A stretch of DNA of 35,080 bases from Brevundimonas vancanneytii (lineage in GTDB: Bacteria > Pseudomonadota > Alphaproteobacteria > Caulobacterales > Caulobacteraceae): assembly GCA_945874855.1 (NCBI GenBank), contig CAMCIP010000001.1:1-35080 (forward strand), given 5' to 3'. Positions 27,497 to 35,080 of the stretch are shown here, one piece after another. The notes under the pieces are model-generated. The model saw only the letters and a list, made by a program, of their open reading frames with translations, had not been told where the DNA came from and searched no databases. A program made the position numbers and the translations under genes. Within the stretch, counting starts at the first letter, position 1. The number at the start of each line of letters is the position of its first letter.

Positions 27497-28798
27497 ATGG
27501 CCGCCAAGCCCCTGCTCAAGCCCTTGTCCGAACAGGCGATCGTGATCACAGGCGCGACGTCCGGGATCGGCCTCGCCACAGCGCGCAAGGCCGCGCGAGC
27601 GGGGGCCTGCGTCTTCCTGATCGCGCGGGGCGAAAAGGACCTGGCGCGGCTGACGGAGGAACTTCAGGCCACGGGAGCCCGCGTCGCCCACGCCGTCGCC
27701 GACGTGGCCGACTTCGACGCCCTGTCCGAAGCGGCGGGGAAATGCGGCCGCCTGTTCGGGGGTTTCGACACCTGGGTGAACAACGCGGGCACTTCGATCT
27801 TCGGTCCCATCCGCGAGGTCTCCCTGGACGATCAGCGCCGGCTGTTCGAGACCAACTACTGGGGTGTGGTGAACGGCTCGCTGATCGCCGCCGACCATCT
27901 GCGCCGTCGGCCGGGCGGGGGGACGATCGTCAACGTCGGCTCGACGCTGTCGGACGCGCCCGTGCCGGTCCAGGGCGTCTATTCCGCCTCCAAACACGCG
28001 GTGAAGGGCTTCACCAACGCCTTCCGCATGGAGCTGATGCGCGACCGGGCCCCGGTGGCAGTCAGCCTGGTCAAGCCGTCGGCGATTGACACGCCCTACA
28101 ACAGGCACGCCCGCAACATCACCGGCCAGGCGGCACAGAACCCCCAGCCCGTCTATGCCACCCCCGTCGTGGCCGACACCATCCTGTGGTGCGCGACCCA
28201 TCCGATCCGCGAGATCACCGTGGGCGGCGGCGGGCGGATCATCGCCTCCGTCTACGCGGCGCTGCCCGGACTGGCCGAACCTCTGTTCGCCCGCTTCGCT
28301 CCGGTCCTGATGCGGGACAAGCGGGGCGAGTACCGGCCGTACGAGGACGGCCTTTGGGATCCCGCCGACGACGGTCTGGAAGAGGAAGTCCACTATCCCA
28401 TGGTCCGCGGGTTCAGCACCCTGGCGGAAATCCGCAAACATCCCGGTGTCACCGCCGGCATCGTGGCCGTGCTGGCGGGCATCGGCCTCGGTGCCCTGCT
28501 CCTGTCGCAGAGAAGCGGCCCGACCCGGTACGAACGTCTGCGCGAGACGGTGCGCCCGTCCCGCTGGCTTGAGCGCGTCCAGCCTGGCCGGCGGCTGCGA
28601 GATGCGGGGCATCAGGCCCATGAGGGCTGGGACCGGCTGGGCAGGGCGTCGCAGGACCTGCTGGGCCGCAAAAGCCGCGACCGCGCCGTGACCCCTGCCC
28701 GCGACTCTGCCCCGGAAGGCACGGCCATGGCCGCGATCACCACCATCGCCGCCGCCATCGGCGCGGTGGCGCTGAAGCAGTGGCAGGATCGCCGTTGA
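27497..28798 (+). CDS. Short-chain dehydrogenase/reductase with long C-terminal membrane tail
   Basis: ATG 27497; ITGATSGIG, WVNNAG, ETNYWG, YSASKHA, VKPSAIDTP; the tail has two hydrophobic segments. Confidence 0.9.
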   Translation: MAAKPLLKPLSEQAIVITGATSGIGLATARKAARAGACVFLIARGEKDLARLTEELQATGARVAHAVADVADFDALSEAAGKCGRLFGGFDTWVNNAGTSIFGPIREVSLDDQRRLFETNYWGVVNGSLIAADHLRRRPGGGTIVNVGSTLSDAPVPVQGVYSASKHAVKGFTNAFRMELMRDRAPVAVSLVKPSAIDTPYNRHARNITGQAAQNPQPVYATPVVADTILWCATHPIREITVGGGGRIIASVYAALPGLAEPLFARFAPVLMRDKRGEYRPYEDGLWDPADDGLEEEVHYPMVRGFSTLAEIRKHPGVTAGIVAVLAGIGLGALLLSQRSGPTRYERLRETVRPSRWLERVQPGRRLRDAGHQAHEGWDRLGRASQDLLGRKSRDRAVTPARDSAPEGTAMAAITTIAAAIGAVALKQWQDRR

Positions 28799-28862
28799 TC
28801 GGCGCATCCCCCGGGACGCCTTAACGGTTGCTGCATCTGCGAAGGTCGTTAAGGGTCGGGGC

Positions 28863-30752
28863 ATGACCGGTCCGACCCTGATCTTCGACTTTGACTCCAC
28901 CCTGGTAGAGTTCGAGACCCTTGAGGTGCTGGCCGACCTGTGTCTGGCCGACGCGCCGGACGCCGCCGAGCGGCGCGCGCAGGTGGCGGCCCTCACCGAG
29001 CGGGCGATGACCGGCCAGATCGCCTTTGCCGACGCGCTGCGACAGCGGTTGGCCCTGCTGCCCCTGACCCGCGACCACGTGCGTGCCGCCGCCGATCGTG
29101 CGCCGGCGCGGCTCAGCCCTTCGGTGGCGCGCAATCTCGAGACCCTGCGCCGTCACGCCGGCCGCCTGGTGATCGTCTCGGGGGGGCTGCGCGAGGTAAT
29201 CGCGCCCGTGGCCGACCTGCTCGGCGTCCCGGCCGATCGGGTTCTGGCGCTCGACCTGACCTATGACGAGACCGGGCGGGTCACCGGAGTTGCGGACGGC
29301 AATCCGATCCTGGAGCCGCAAGGCAAGGCCCTGGCCATCCGGGGGCTGAACCTGTCGGGCCCGGTCGCCATGGTCGGAGACGGCTGGACCGACGTGGAGG
29401 TCAAGGCGGCGGGGGCGGCGGATCGCTTCTACGCCTTCACCGAGATCGTGCGTCGCGACCGGGTCGTGGCCGCTGCCGACGTGGAGGCGCGCACGCTGGA
29501 CGAGGTGCTGCATGCCGAGGGTCTGGCCGGACGCTGGTCCTATCCGCGCGCGCGGATCCGGATGCTTCTGCTGGAGAACGTTCACCCCGCCGCGGTCGAG
29601 CGGCTGGAGTCCGCCGGCTATTCCGTCGAGACGGTCAAGGGGGCCCTGGACGAGGAGGCCCTGATCTCCCGGATCAAGGGCGTTCATGTGCTGGGGGTCC
29701 GGTCCAAGACCGAGGTCACGGCCCGGGTGCTGGACGCCGCCGACCGGCTGATGGCGGTGGCCGCCTTCTGCATCGGCACCAATCAGATCGACCTGGAAGC
29801 GGCGTCCGACAGGGGCGTGGCCGTCTTCAACGCCCCCTATTCGAACACCCGTTCCGTGGTCGAGCTGGCGATCGGCCTGATCGTGTCGCTGATGCGCGGG
29901 GTGGGCGACAAGTCGGCGGCCATGCATCGCGGCCAGTGGATCAAGTCGGCCGTCGGCGCGCGCGAGGTCAGGGGCAAGACCCTGGGCCTGATCGGCTATG
30001 GCGCGATCGGCAGCCAGCTGTCGGTGGTGGCCGAGGCGATCGGCATGCGGGTGGTCTTTTTCGACCTGTCGGAGCGCCTCGCCCTGGGCAATGCGCGGCT
30101 TCTGGGGTCGATGGAGGCTGTCCTGTCGGAGGCCGATGTGGTCAGCCTGCATGTCGACGGACGCGCCGCCAACGCCAACCTGATCGGGGCCGCCCAGCTG
30201 TCGGCCATGAAGCCCGGCGCCCTGCTGCTGAACCTGTCACGCGGCCATGTGGTGGACGTCGGGGCCCTTGCCCAGGCCCTGGGGTCGGGCCGCATCGGGG
30301 GCGCGGCGGTCGATGTCTTCCCGGAAGAACCGCGCACCAACGACGACCCCTTCGACAGCCCCCTGATGGGCCTGCCCAACGTCATTCTGACGCCCCACAT
30401 CGGCGGCTCGACGGAGGAGGCGCAGGAGGCCATCGCCGAGTTCGCCGCCGAGCGGCTGCTGACCTATCTGAACCGCGGTGACACCACCTTCAGCGTCAAC
30501 CTGCCGAACGTGCAGCTGTCCGACGTGTCCGGGGCCCACCGCCTGCTGCACATCCACCGCAACCAGCCGGGCGTGCTGGCGGCGCTGAACCGGGCCCTGG
30601 CCGAGGCCGGCCTGAACGTGCTGGGCCAGCACCTGAAGACCGACGAGCGGACCGGCTATGTCATCGTCGACGTCGACCGCGACTATGACCCCAGGGCCCT
30701 CGACGCGCTGAAGGCCATTCCGGGGACGCTGCGGTTCCGGACGCTCTACTGA
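28863..30752 (+). CDS. serA: D-3-phosphoglycerate dehydrogenase with N-terminal HAD (SerB-like) phosphatase domain
   Basis: N-terminal DFDST, IVSGG, GKA and MVGDGWTD (HAD motifs I-IV); then LLLENVH, FCIGTNQID, FNAPYSNTRSV, GYGAIG, TPHIGGSTEEAQ and ACT domain HRNQPGVL. Confidence 0.93.
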   Translation: MTGPTLIFDFDSTLVEFETLEVLADLCLADAPDAAERRAQVAALTERAMTGQIAFADALRQRLALLPLTRDHVRAAADRAPARLSPSVARNLETLRRHAGRLVIVSGGLREVIAPVADLLGVPADRVLALDLTYDETGRVTGVADGNPILEPQGKALAIRGLNLSGPVAMVGDGWTDVEVKAAGAADRFYAFTEIVRRDRVVAAADVEARTLDEVLHAEGLAGRWSYPRARIRMLLLENVHPAAVERLESAGYSVETVKGALDEEALISRIKGVHVLGVRSKTEVTARVLDAADRLMAVAAFCIGTNQIDLEAASDRGVAVFNAPYSNTRSVVELAIGLIVSLMRGVGDKSAAMHRGQWIKSAVGAREVRGKTLGLIGYGAIGSQLSVVAEAIGMRVVFFDLSERLALGNARLLGSMEAVLSEADVVSLHVDGRAANANLIGAAQLSAMKPGALLLNLSRGHVVDVGALAQALGSGRIGGAAVDVFPEEPRTNDDPFDSPLMGLPNVILTPHIGGSTEEAQEAIAEFAAERLLTYLNRGDTTFSVNLPNVQLSDVSGAHRLLHIHRNQPGVLAALNRALAEAGLNVLGQHLKTDERTGYVIVDVDRDYDPRALDALKAIPGTLRFRTLY

Positions 30753-30767
30753 CGCGGCCGCGCCGGC

Positions 30768-30799
30768 AAAAAGAAAACCGCCCCGGCTTCCCGGGGCGG
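30768..30799 (-). terminator. Intrinsic terminator of rpsU, possibly bidirectional with serA
   Basis: 9-bp stem CCGCCCCGG-cttc-CCGGGGCGG (30778-30799) followed on the minus strand by TTTTCTTTTT. Confidence 0.88.
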
Positions 30800-30829
30800 C
30801 TCTTCATTCCTTGACAGTGGGCCGTGCGA

Positions 30830-31087
30830 TCAGCCGCGGCCCGGTCCGCCCGCGCCCGGCACGCGGGGCTTCGGCGGCGGCAGCAGGCCTTCGCGCTGGG
30901 CGCGCTTGCGGGCCAGCTTGCGGGCGCGGCGCACGGCCTCGGCCTTCTGGCGAGCACGCTTCTCCGAGGGCTTCTCGTAGTGCACGTGGCGCTTCATTTC
31001 ACGGAAGCTGCCTTCGCGCTGCATCTTCTTTTTCAGGGCTTTCAGCGCCTGATCGACGTTATTGTCGCGAACGAAAATCTGAACCAG
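30830..31087 (-). CDS. rpsU: 30S ribosomal protein bS21, probable CTG start
   Basis: [25 protein letters not shown]...[10 protein letters not shown]; SD AAGGAGAG ends 6 nt before an in-frame CTG at 31087, with no nearby in-frame ATG/GTG/TTG. Confidence 0.95.
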   Translation of the reverse strand: MVQIFVRDNNVDQALKALKKKMQREGSFREMKRHVHYEKPSEKRARQKAEAVRRARKLARKRAQREGLLPPPKPRVPGAGGPGRG

Positions 31088-31188
31088 GTTGAACTCTCCT
31101 TTGGCCGCCCGCCGCGTCCTGGTTAGGGAAGACGGGCAGACAAAACGAAATCGCTTTCCGCCGGACCGGGTCCGCGGATGAAGGCGGG

Positions 31189-31217
31189 GCAATACACGAG
31201 GCACCGGGGCCTGTCCA
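31189..31217 (-). promoter_or_regulatory. Putative sigma70 promoter of rpsU
   Basis: Minus strand TGGACA-N17-TATTGC followed by GC-rich CCCGCC; implies a leader of about 95 nt. Confidence 0.55.
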
Positions 31218-31277
31218 GATCGTCGCGGCACTTCCGACGGGCTCGCGCGACGCCTTTCCCGCGCCTATCATCTGCCC

Positions 31278-31943
31278 ATGATCGAGGCGTCCAACCAACC
31301 CGGCGACTGGGCCGACCGCATGGAGCAGAGGGTGCTGGACGCCGCCCTGGAGCGCGCGCCCACGCTTGGCTGGAACGGCCGTATGGTCGCGGCCGCCTGT
31401 CGTGCCTGCGGCCTGTCGGAGGGCGACCGGGAGTTGTTGCTGCCGAATGGTCCGCGTGACCTGGCGGCCCTGCTGTGGCGCCGGCACGATGCGGCGGCGA
31501 TGGAGTCGCTGGCCGTGATCGATCCCGACGCCCTGAAAATCCGCGAGCGGATATCGCAGGCTGTGTCCGCCCGTCTGGAGGTTGCGGCCGCCGATGGCGA
31601 GGCCGAGAAGCGTCTGGCGGGCTTCCTCGCCCTGCCGACCAATGCCGACCTCGTGCTGAGCCTCACCTGGGCCACCGCCGACGGCATCTGGCGCTGGGCG
31701 GGAGATGTGGCCACCGACTGGAACCACCAGTCCAAGCGCGTGACGCTTTCGGGCATACTGATCCCGGCGATGACACTGCGACTGTTCGACGGGCGCGAGG
31801 CCGCCGACGCCTTTGTCGCCGCCCGGATCGAGAACGTCATGGCCTTCGAGAAGTGGAAGGCGGGCAGGGACTTCTATGCGCCCCTGCGCACCGCCACCGA
31901 CCTTCTGGCCCGCCTGCGCTACGGGCCCCGCGACGCGGCCTGA
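31278..31943 (+). CDS. COQ9-family protein (rpsU-divergently transcribed)
   Basis: GW, LLPNGPRDL, LKIRERI, WATADGIWRWAGDVATDWNHQSKR, RIENVMAFEKWK; divergent from rpsU as is typical. Confidence 0.9.
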   Translation: MIEASNQPGDWADRMEQRVLDAALERAPTLGWNGRMVAAACRACGLSEGDRELLLPNGPRDLAALLWRRHDAAAMESLAVIDPDALKIRERISQAVSARLEVAAADGEAEKRLAGFLALPTNADLVLSLTWATADGIWRWAGDVATDWNHQSKRVTLSGILIPAMTLRLFDGREAADAFVAARIENVMAFEKWKAGRDFYAPLRTATDLLARLRYGPRDAA

Positions 31944-31946
31944 GCC

Positions 31947-33227
31947 CTACTTCAGCAGGCTGGGCAGCCACAGGCTGAGCGCCGGCACGAAGGTGACCAG
32001 CAGCAGCACGGCCACACAGGCCAGATAGAACGGCCAGATCGATTTCAGCGCCTGGGTCATCGGAATGCCGCCGATGGCCGAGCCGACGAACAGGACCGAG
32101 CCCACGGGCGGTGTGATCAATCCGATGCCGGCGTTCAGGATCATGATCACGCCGAAGTGCACGGGGTCGATGCCGAACGCCTTGGCCACCGGCAGGAAGA
32201 TCGGTGTGCCAATGATGATCAGCGGGGCCAGGTCCATGAAGGTGCCGAGCACCAGCAGCACCAGGATGATCATCAACAGGATCAGGATGCGGTTGTCGGT
32301 GAGGCTCTGCAGGAACTCGACCATCATTGAGGGCACCTGCATATAGGCCATGAGCCAGCCGAAGGCTCCGGCGGCACCGATGATGAACAGGACGGCCCCC
32401 GAGGTGCGGGCGGCGCCGAGGCAGGCCTCCCTGAAGGCCTTGAACGACATCTGGCGATAGACCAGGCCGGTCACCACTGTGGCGTAGACCACGGCGATCG
32501 AGGCACTCTCGATGGCGGTGAAGATGCCGGCGCGGATGCCGAAGAAGATAATGCCGATCAGGAGCAGGCCCGGGATGGCGGCGATGGTCCTTACCAGCAC
32601 GGCCCGGAAGCCCGGGAAGGCCTCGGCGGCGTAGCCGCGACGGCGGGCGACGACATAGGCGGTCGTCATGACCGCGATTGCCAGCATGGCCGCGGGGATG
32701 ATGCCGGCGGCGAACAGGTCGGAGATCGACACCCCGCCCCCGGCCGCGGCCGAATAGAGGATCAGATTGTGCGAGGGCGGCACCAGCAGGGCCACCAGGG
32801 CCGCGGTGATGGTGACGTTGACGGCGTAGTCGGCGTCATAGCCGCGCTTCTTCATCTGCGGGATCATGGTGCCGCCGATGGCCGAGACGTCGGCCAGCGC
32901 GCTGCCCGAGACGCCGCCGAACAGGGTCGAACCGACCACGGTCACCTGGCCGAGACCGCCGCGCATGTGGCCGACGAGCGAGGAGGCGAGGGCGATCATG
33001 CGGTCGGACAGGCCGCCCTTGAGCATGAGCTCGCCGGTGAAGACGAACAATGGAATGGCCAGAAGGGCCACCGAGGTGATGTCCGAGCCCATCTGCTGGA
33101 ACACGACGATCGGCGGCAGGGCCAGATAGAGGACCGTGGCGACGGTCGCGGTCAGCAGTGAGAAGGCGACCGGTACGCCGATCAGGAGCAGCAGGGCGAA
33201 GACGCCGAACATAATGATGAATTCCAT
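31947..33227 (-). CDS. dctM: TRAP transporter large permease
   Basis: ATG 33227 after GGAGGA; GVPVAFSL, LLAIPLF, FGGVSGSALAD, LVPPSHN, DPVHFG, GLITPPVG. Confidence 0.94.
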   Translation of the reverse strand: MEFIIMFGVFALLLLIGVPVAFSLLTATVATVLYLALPPIVVFQQMGSDITSVALLAIPLFVFTGELMLKGGLSDRMIALASSLVGHMRGGLGQVTVVGSTLFGGVSGSALADVSAIGGTMIPQMKKRGYDADYAVNVTITAALVALLVPPSHNLILYSAAAGGGVSISDLFAAGIIPAAMLAIAVMTTAYVVARRRGYAAEAFPGFRAVLVRTIAAIPGLLLIGIIFFGIRAGIFTAIESASIAVVYATVVTGLVYRQMSFKAFREACLGAARTSGAVLFIIGAAGAFGWLMAYMQVPSMMVEFLQSLTDNRILILLMIILVLLVLGTFMDLAPLIIIGTPIFLPVAKAFGIDPVHFGVIMILNAGIGLITPPVGSVLFVGSAIGGIPMTQALKSIWPFYLACVAVLLLVTFVPALSLWLPSLLK

Positions 33228-33229
33228 GT

Positions 33230-33727
33230 TCAGTCCTCCTGCGCCGGGACGTAGTCGCCGGTCAGCAGCCGCTCGATGGCGAACACCAGGATCAGGGCCC
33301 CGCCGAAGCACAGGCCGATGAACTTGACGCCGGACGGCAGCTGCGCCCCGGCGAGGGGCACTGCCCATTCGTCAATCATGAGCTGGCCGCCGAGCAGCAT
33401 CAGGGCCGCGCCAGCCGCCGCCGCGATCAGCCGCGACACGACCCGGCTGAGGGTGCTCAGCGGGCCCGGCAGGGCGTCGCGCAGGGTCAGGAAGGCGAAG
33501 TGGGATTCCCGGCGCACAGCGACGGCGGAGCCGAACATCACCGCCAGGCTCATGAACAGGAGGGCGACCGGCTCGGTCCAGCCGGGGCTGTCGTTGAGCA
33601 CATAGCGGGCGAACACCTGCCACGCCTGCACCAGGGTCATCACGACCAGGGCCACGGCGGCGAGGATCATCGAGGCCGTGGCCACATGATCGAGCAGGCG
33701 GGCGCCACCAGAGCGGGGTTCAGACAT
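33230..33727 (-). CDS. dctQ: TRAP transporter small permease
   Basis: QVFARYVLN, WTE, four TM helices; lies between dctP and dctM. Confidence 0.92.
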   Translation of the reverse strand: MSEPRSGGARLLDHVATASMILAAVALVVMTLVQAWQVFARYVLNDSPGWTEPVALLFMSLAVMFGSAVAVRRESHFAFLTLRDALPGPLSTLSRVVSRLIAAAAGAALMLLGGQLMIDEWAVPLAGAQLPSGVKFIGLCFGGALILVFAIERLLTGDYVPAQED

Positions 33728-33766
33728 GGACGCCCTCCCTCAGGCGTTTGGCGATGGCGCGGCCGT

Positions 33767-34747
33767 TCAGGCGGTCGCGGCGATACGGTCATAAAGGGCG
33801 CGCAGTTCGGGCGACCCCAGGTATTTGTCGAGCACCGGGCGGGTGGCCGCCGCGAAGGCCTCGCGGTCGACCTCGACGGCCTGGGCACCGGCGGCGAGGA
33901 CCGCCTTGCGCGCCTCGGCCTGGCGCGTCTCCCACGCTGCCCGCATGATCGGCACCGAACGCTGGGCCACGTCAGTCACGAGCTCGCGGTCACGCGCCTC
34001 AAGCCGGCTGAGGCTGGCGCGCGAGATGAGCAGGGCGTCCGGCAGATAGGAGTGCTCGGTGATGCTCAGGTAGCGCGCGACCTCGAACTGGCGGCTGGAC
34101 TGGTAGCTGGGCCAGTTGTTCTCGGCACCGTCGATCAGGTGCGTCTGCAGCGACGAGAAGGTGGCGCTGAAGCCCAGCGGCGTCGGGTTGGCCCCCATGG
34201 CCCGCAGGGTGTCCAGAAACACATCGGACTGGGGCGCGCGGATCTTCAGGCCCTGGAGCTGACCCGGTTCGGTCACCAGCTTCCGGACATTGTAGAGATT
34301 GCGGGGACCAGCGTCGTAATAGGCCAGTCCGATCAGTCCGCGGCCCTCGAAAATGTTGAGCAGGTCGTGGCCGATCGGGCCGTCGATGACGCTGCGAAGG
34401 TGTTCGGCCGAGCGATAGACGTAGGGCAGGGACAGCAGGACGGTCTGCGGGAAGGCGTTGTTCAGCGCCGCCACCGAGACCCGGCAGATGTCGATCGCCT
34501 CGAACCGGGTCAGACCGATCGAATCGTCCTCGGAACCCAGCTGGCCGGAGGGATACTGCCGGATCCGGACCCGGCCCTCCGTCAGACGCTCCAGCTCCTC
34601 GCCGATCCAGCCCACGGCGGTGACCGTGGGATAGTCGGCCGGGTGGACATCTGCGGCCTTGAGCGGTGCATTTGCAGCGTCGGGACGGGAACAGGCGGCC
34701 ACGCCGGCAAGGCCGGTCAGGGCGAAGGCGCGGCGACTGAGGGTCAT
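33767..34747 (-). CDS. dctP: TRAP transporter substrate-binding protein (Tat-like signal plus lipobox)
   Basis: ATG 34747 overlaps the upstream stop; SRRAF and VAAC; YPSGQLGSE, SLPY, GLKIR, GANPTP, DGAENN, TEH. Confidence 0.93.
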   Translation of the reverse strand: MTLSRRAFALTGLAGVAACSRPDAANAPLKAADVHPADYPTVTAVGWIGEELERLTEGRVRIRQYPSGQLGSEDDSIGLTRFEAIDICRVSVAALNNAFPQTVLLSLPYVYRSAEHLRSVIDGPIGHDLLNIFEGRGLIGLAYYDAGPRNLYNVRKLVTEPGQLQGLKIRAPQSDVFLDTLRAMGANPTPLGFSATFSSLQTHLIDGAENNWPSYQSSRQFEVARYLSITEHSYLPDALLISRASLSRLEARDRELVTDVAQRSVPIMRAAWETRQAEARKAVLAAGAQAVEVDREAFAAATRPVLDKYLGSPELRALYDRIAATA

Positions 34748-35080
34748 GCGACGGCTCCGACAGCGGGGACGGCGACACAGGCGATCCGCCCGTCGTCGCC
34801 AAAGTCGGCGAGCGCGGACTGGCCGATCTCGATGCGGTGCACCCCGGTCGCGGCCCCGGTCGAGATCAGCTGGCCGGCGTCCAGCCGGCGTCCCCGCGTC
34901 TCCAGCAGGTTCAGAAGGAAGGCCAGCGAGTCCAGCGGGCCGCCGGGGATGGAGCGGGCGCCGCCCACGCCGATTTCGGCTCCGTCGATCTCGACCCGAC
35001 ATGCAAGGTCGTCGAGGCGCTCGCGCCAGTTGGCCACGGCGGCCCCGAGAATGAGCCCGGCATTGTTGCCAAAGTCCGAG
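34744..35080 (-). CDS. 2-keto-4-pentenoate hydratase/FAH-superfamily protein, C-terminal part (5' end beyond right edge)
   Basis: The frame is open to the edge: SDFGNNAGLILG...GGPLDSLAFL...RGRRLDAGQLISTGAATGVH...ADFG, typical of MhpD-like C-termini. Confidence 0.8.
   Translation of the reverse strand, partial: SDFGNNAGLILGAAVANWRERLDDLACRVEIDGAEIGVGGARSIPGGPLDSLAFLLNLLETRGRRLDAGQLISTGAATGVHRIEIGQSALADFGDDGRIACVAVPAVGAVA

Noticed and set aside
31088-31231. 48-aa N-terminal extension of bS21 from the ORF track
   Set aside because: It begins upstream of the predicted promoter, does not resemble bS21, and the SD points to CTG 31087.
1-35080. CRISPR array, tRNA/rRNA, IS element, prophage or genomic island
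   Set aside because: By eye there are no regularly spaced repeats, cloverleaf or rRNA signatures, transposase/integrase motifs or compositional breaks, and all intergenic gaps are under about 200 bp. A covariance-model search would be needed to exclude small RNAs formally.

Overview
High-GC, gene-dense chromosomal segment from an alphaproteobacterium of the Caulobacteraceae (Brevundimonas/Caulobacter-like; inferred from TipF, a Cle-type regulator, the rpsU/COQ9 pair and the phoR-pstCAB-phoU-phoB order). It is mostly core genome: about 34 CDSs, two truncated by the window edges (a TonB-dependent receptor at left, a 2-keto-4-pentenoate-hydratase-family gene at right). In order it holds adenine/adenosine deaminase, an NYN-domain protein, argS, ispH, lspA, tipF, an SDR, a lipid A acyltransferase, a Cle-like c-di-GMP receiver, an M23 peptidase, xseA, purD, a hybrid kinase, the pho/pst operon, a Tat-exported gamma-glutamyltransferase, hslO, a tailed SDR, a SerB-like HAD-SerA fusion, rpsU, COQ9 and a TRAP transporter. 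I saw no tRNA/rRNA, CRISPR array, integrase, transposase or prophage gene, and I cannot support a clear-cut novel multi-gene system. The best leads are finer-scale: (i) an NYN nuclease with a Pro-rich tail ending in an SspB-like LRLVV motif, downstream of a CtrA-like box; (ii) a five-unit 11-bp-periodic PHO-like array upstream of the TonB receptor, alongside a clear PHO box before pstC; (iii) rpsU apparently starting at CTG behind a structured leader; (iv) an SDR with an EcfG/SigT-type promoter and an ElaB/YqjD-like membrane tail; (v) the HAD-SerA fusion; (vi) GANTC clusters at motility promoters; (vii) six or seven probable leaderless genes. All calls come from reading the sequence; no database searches were run.
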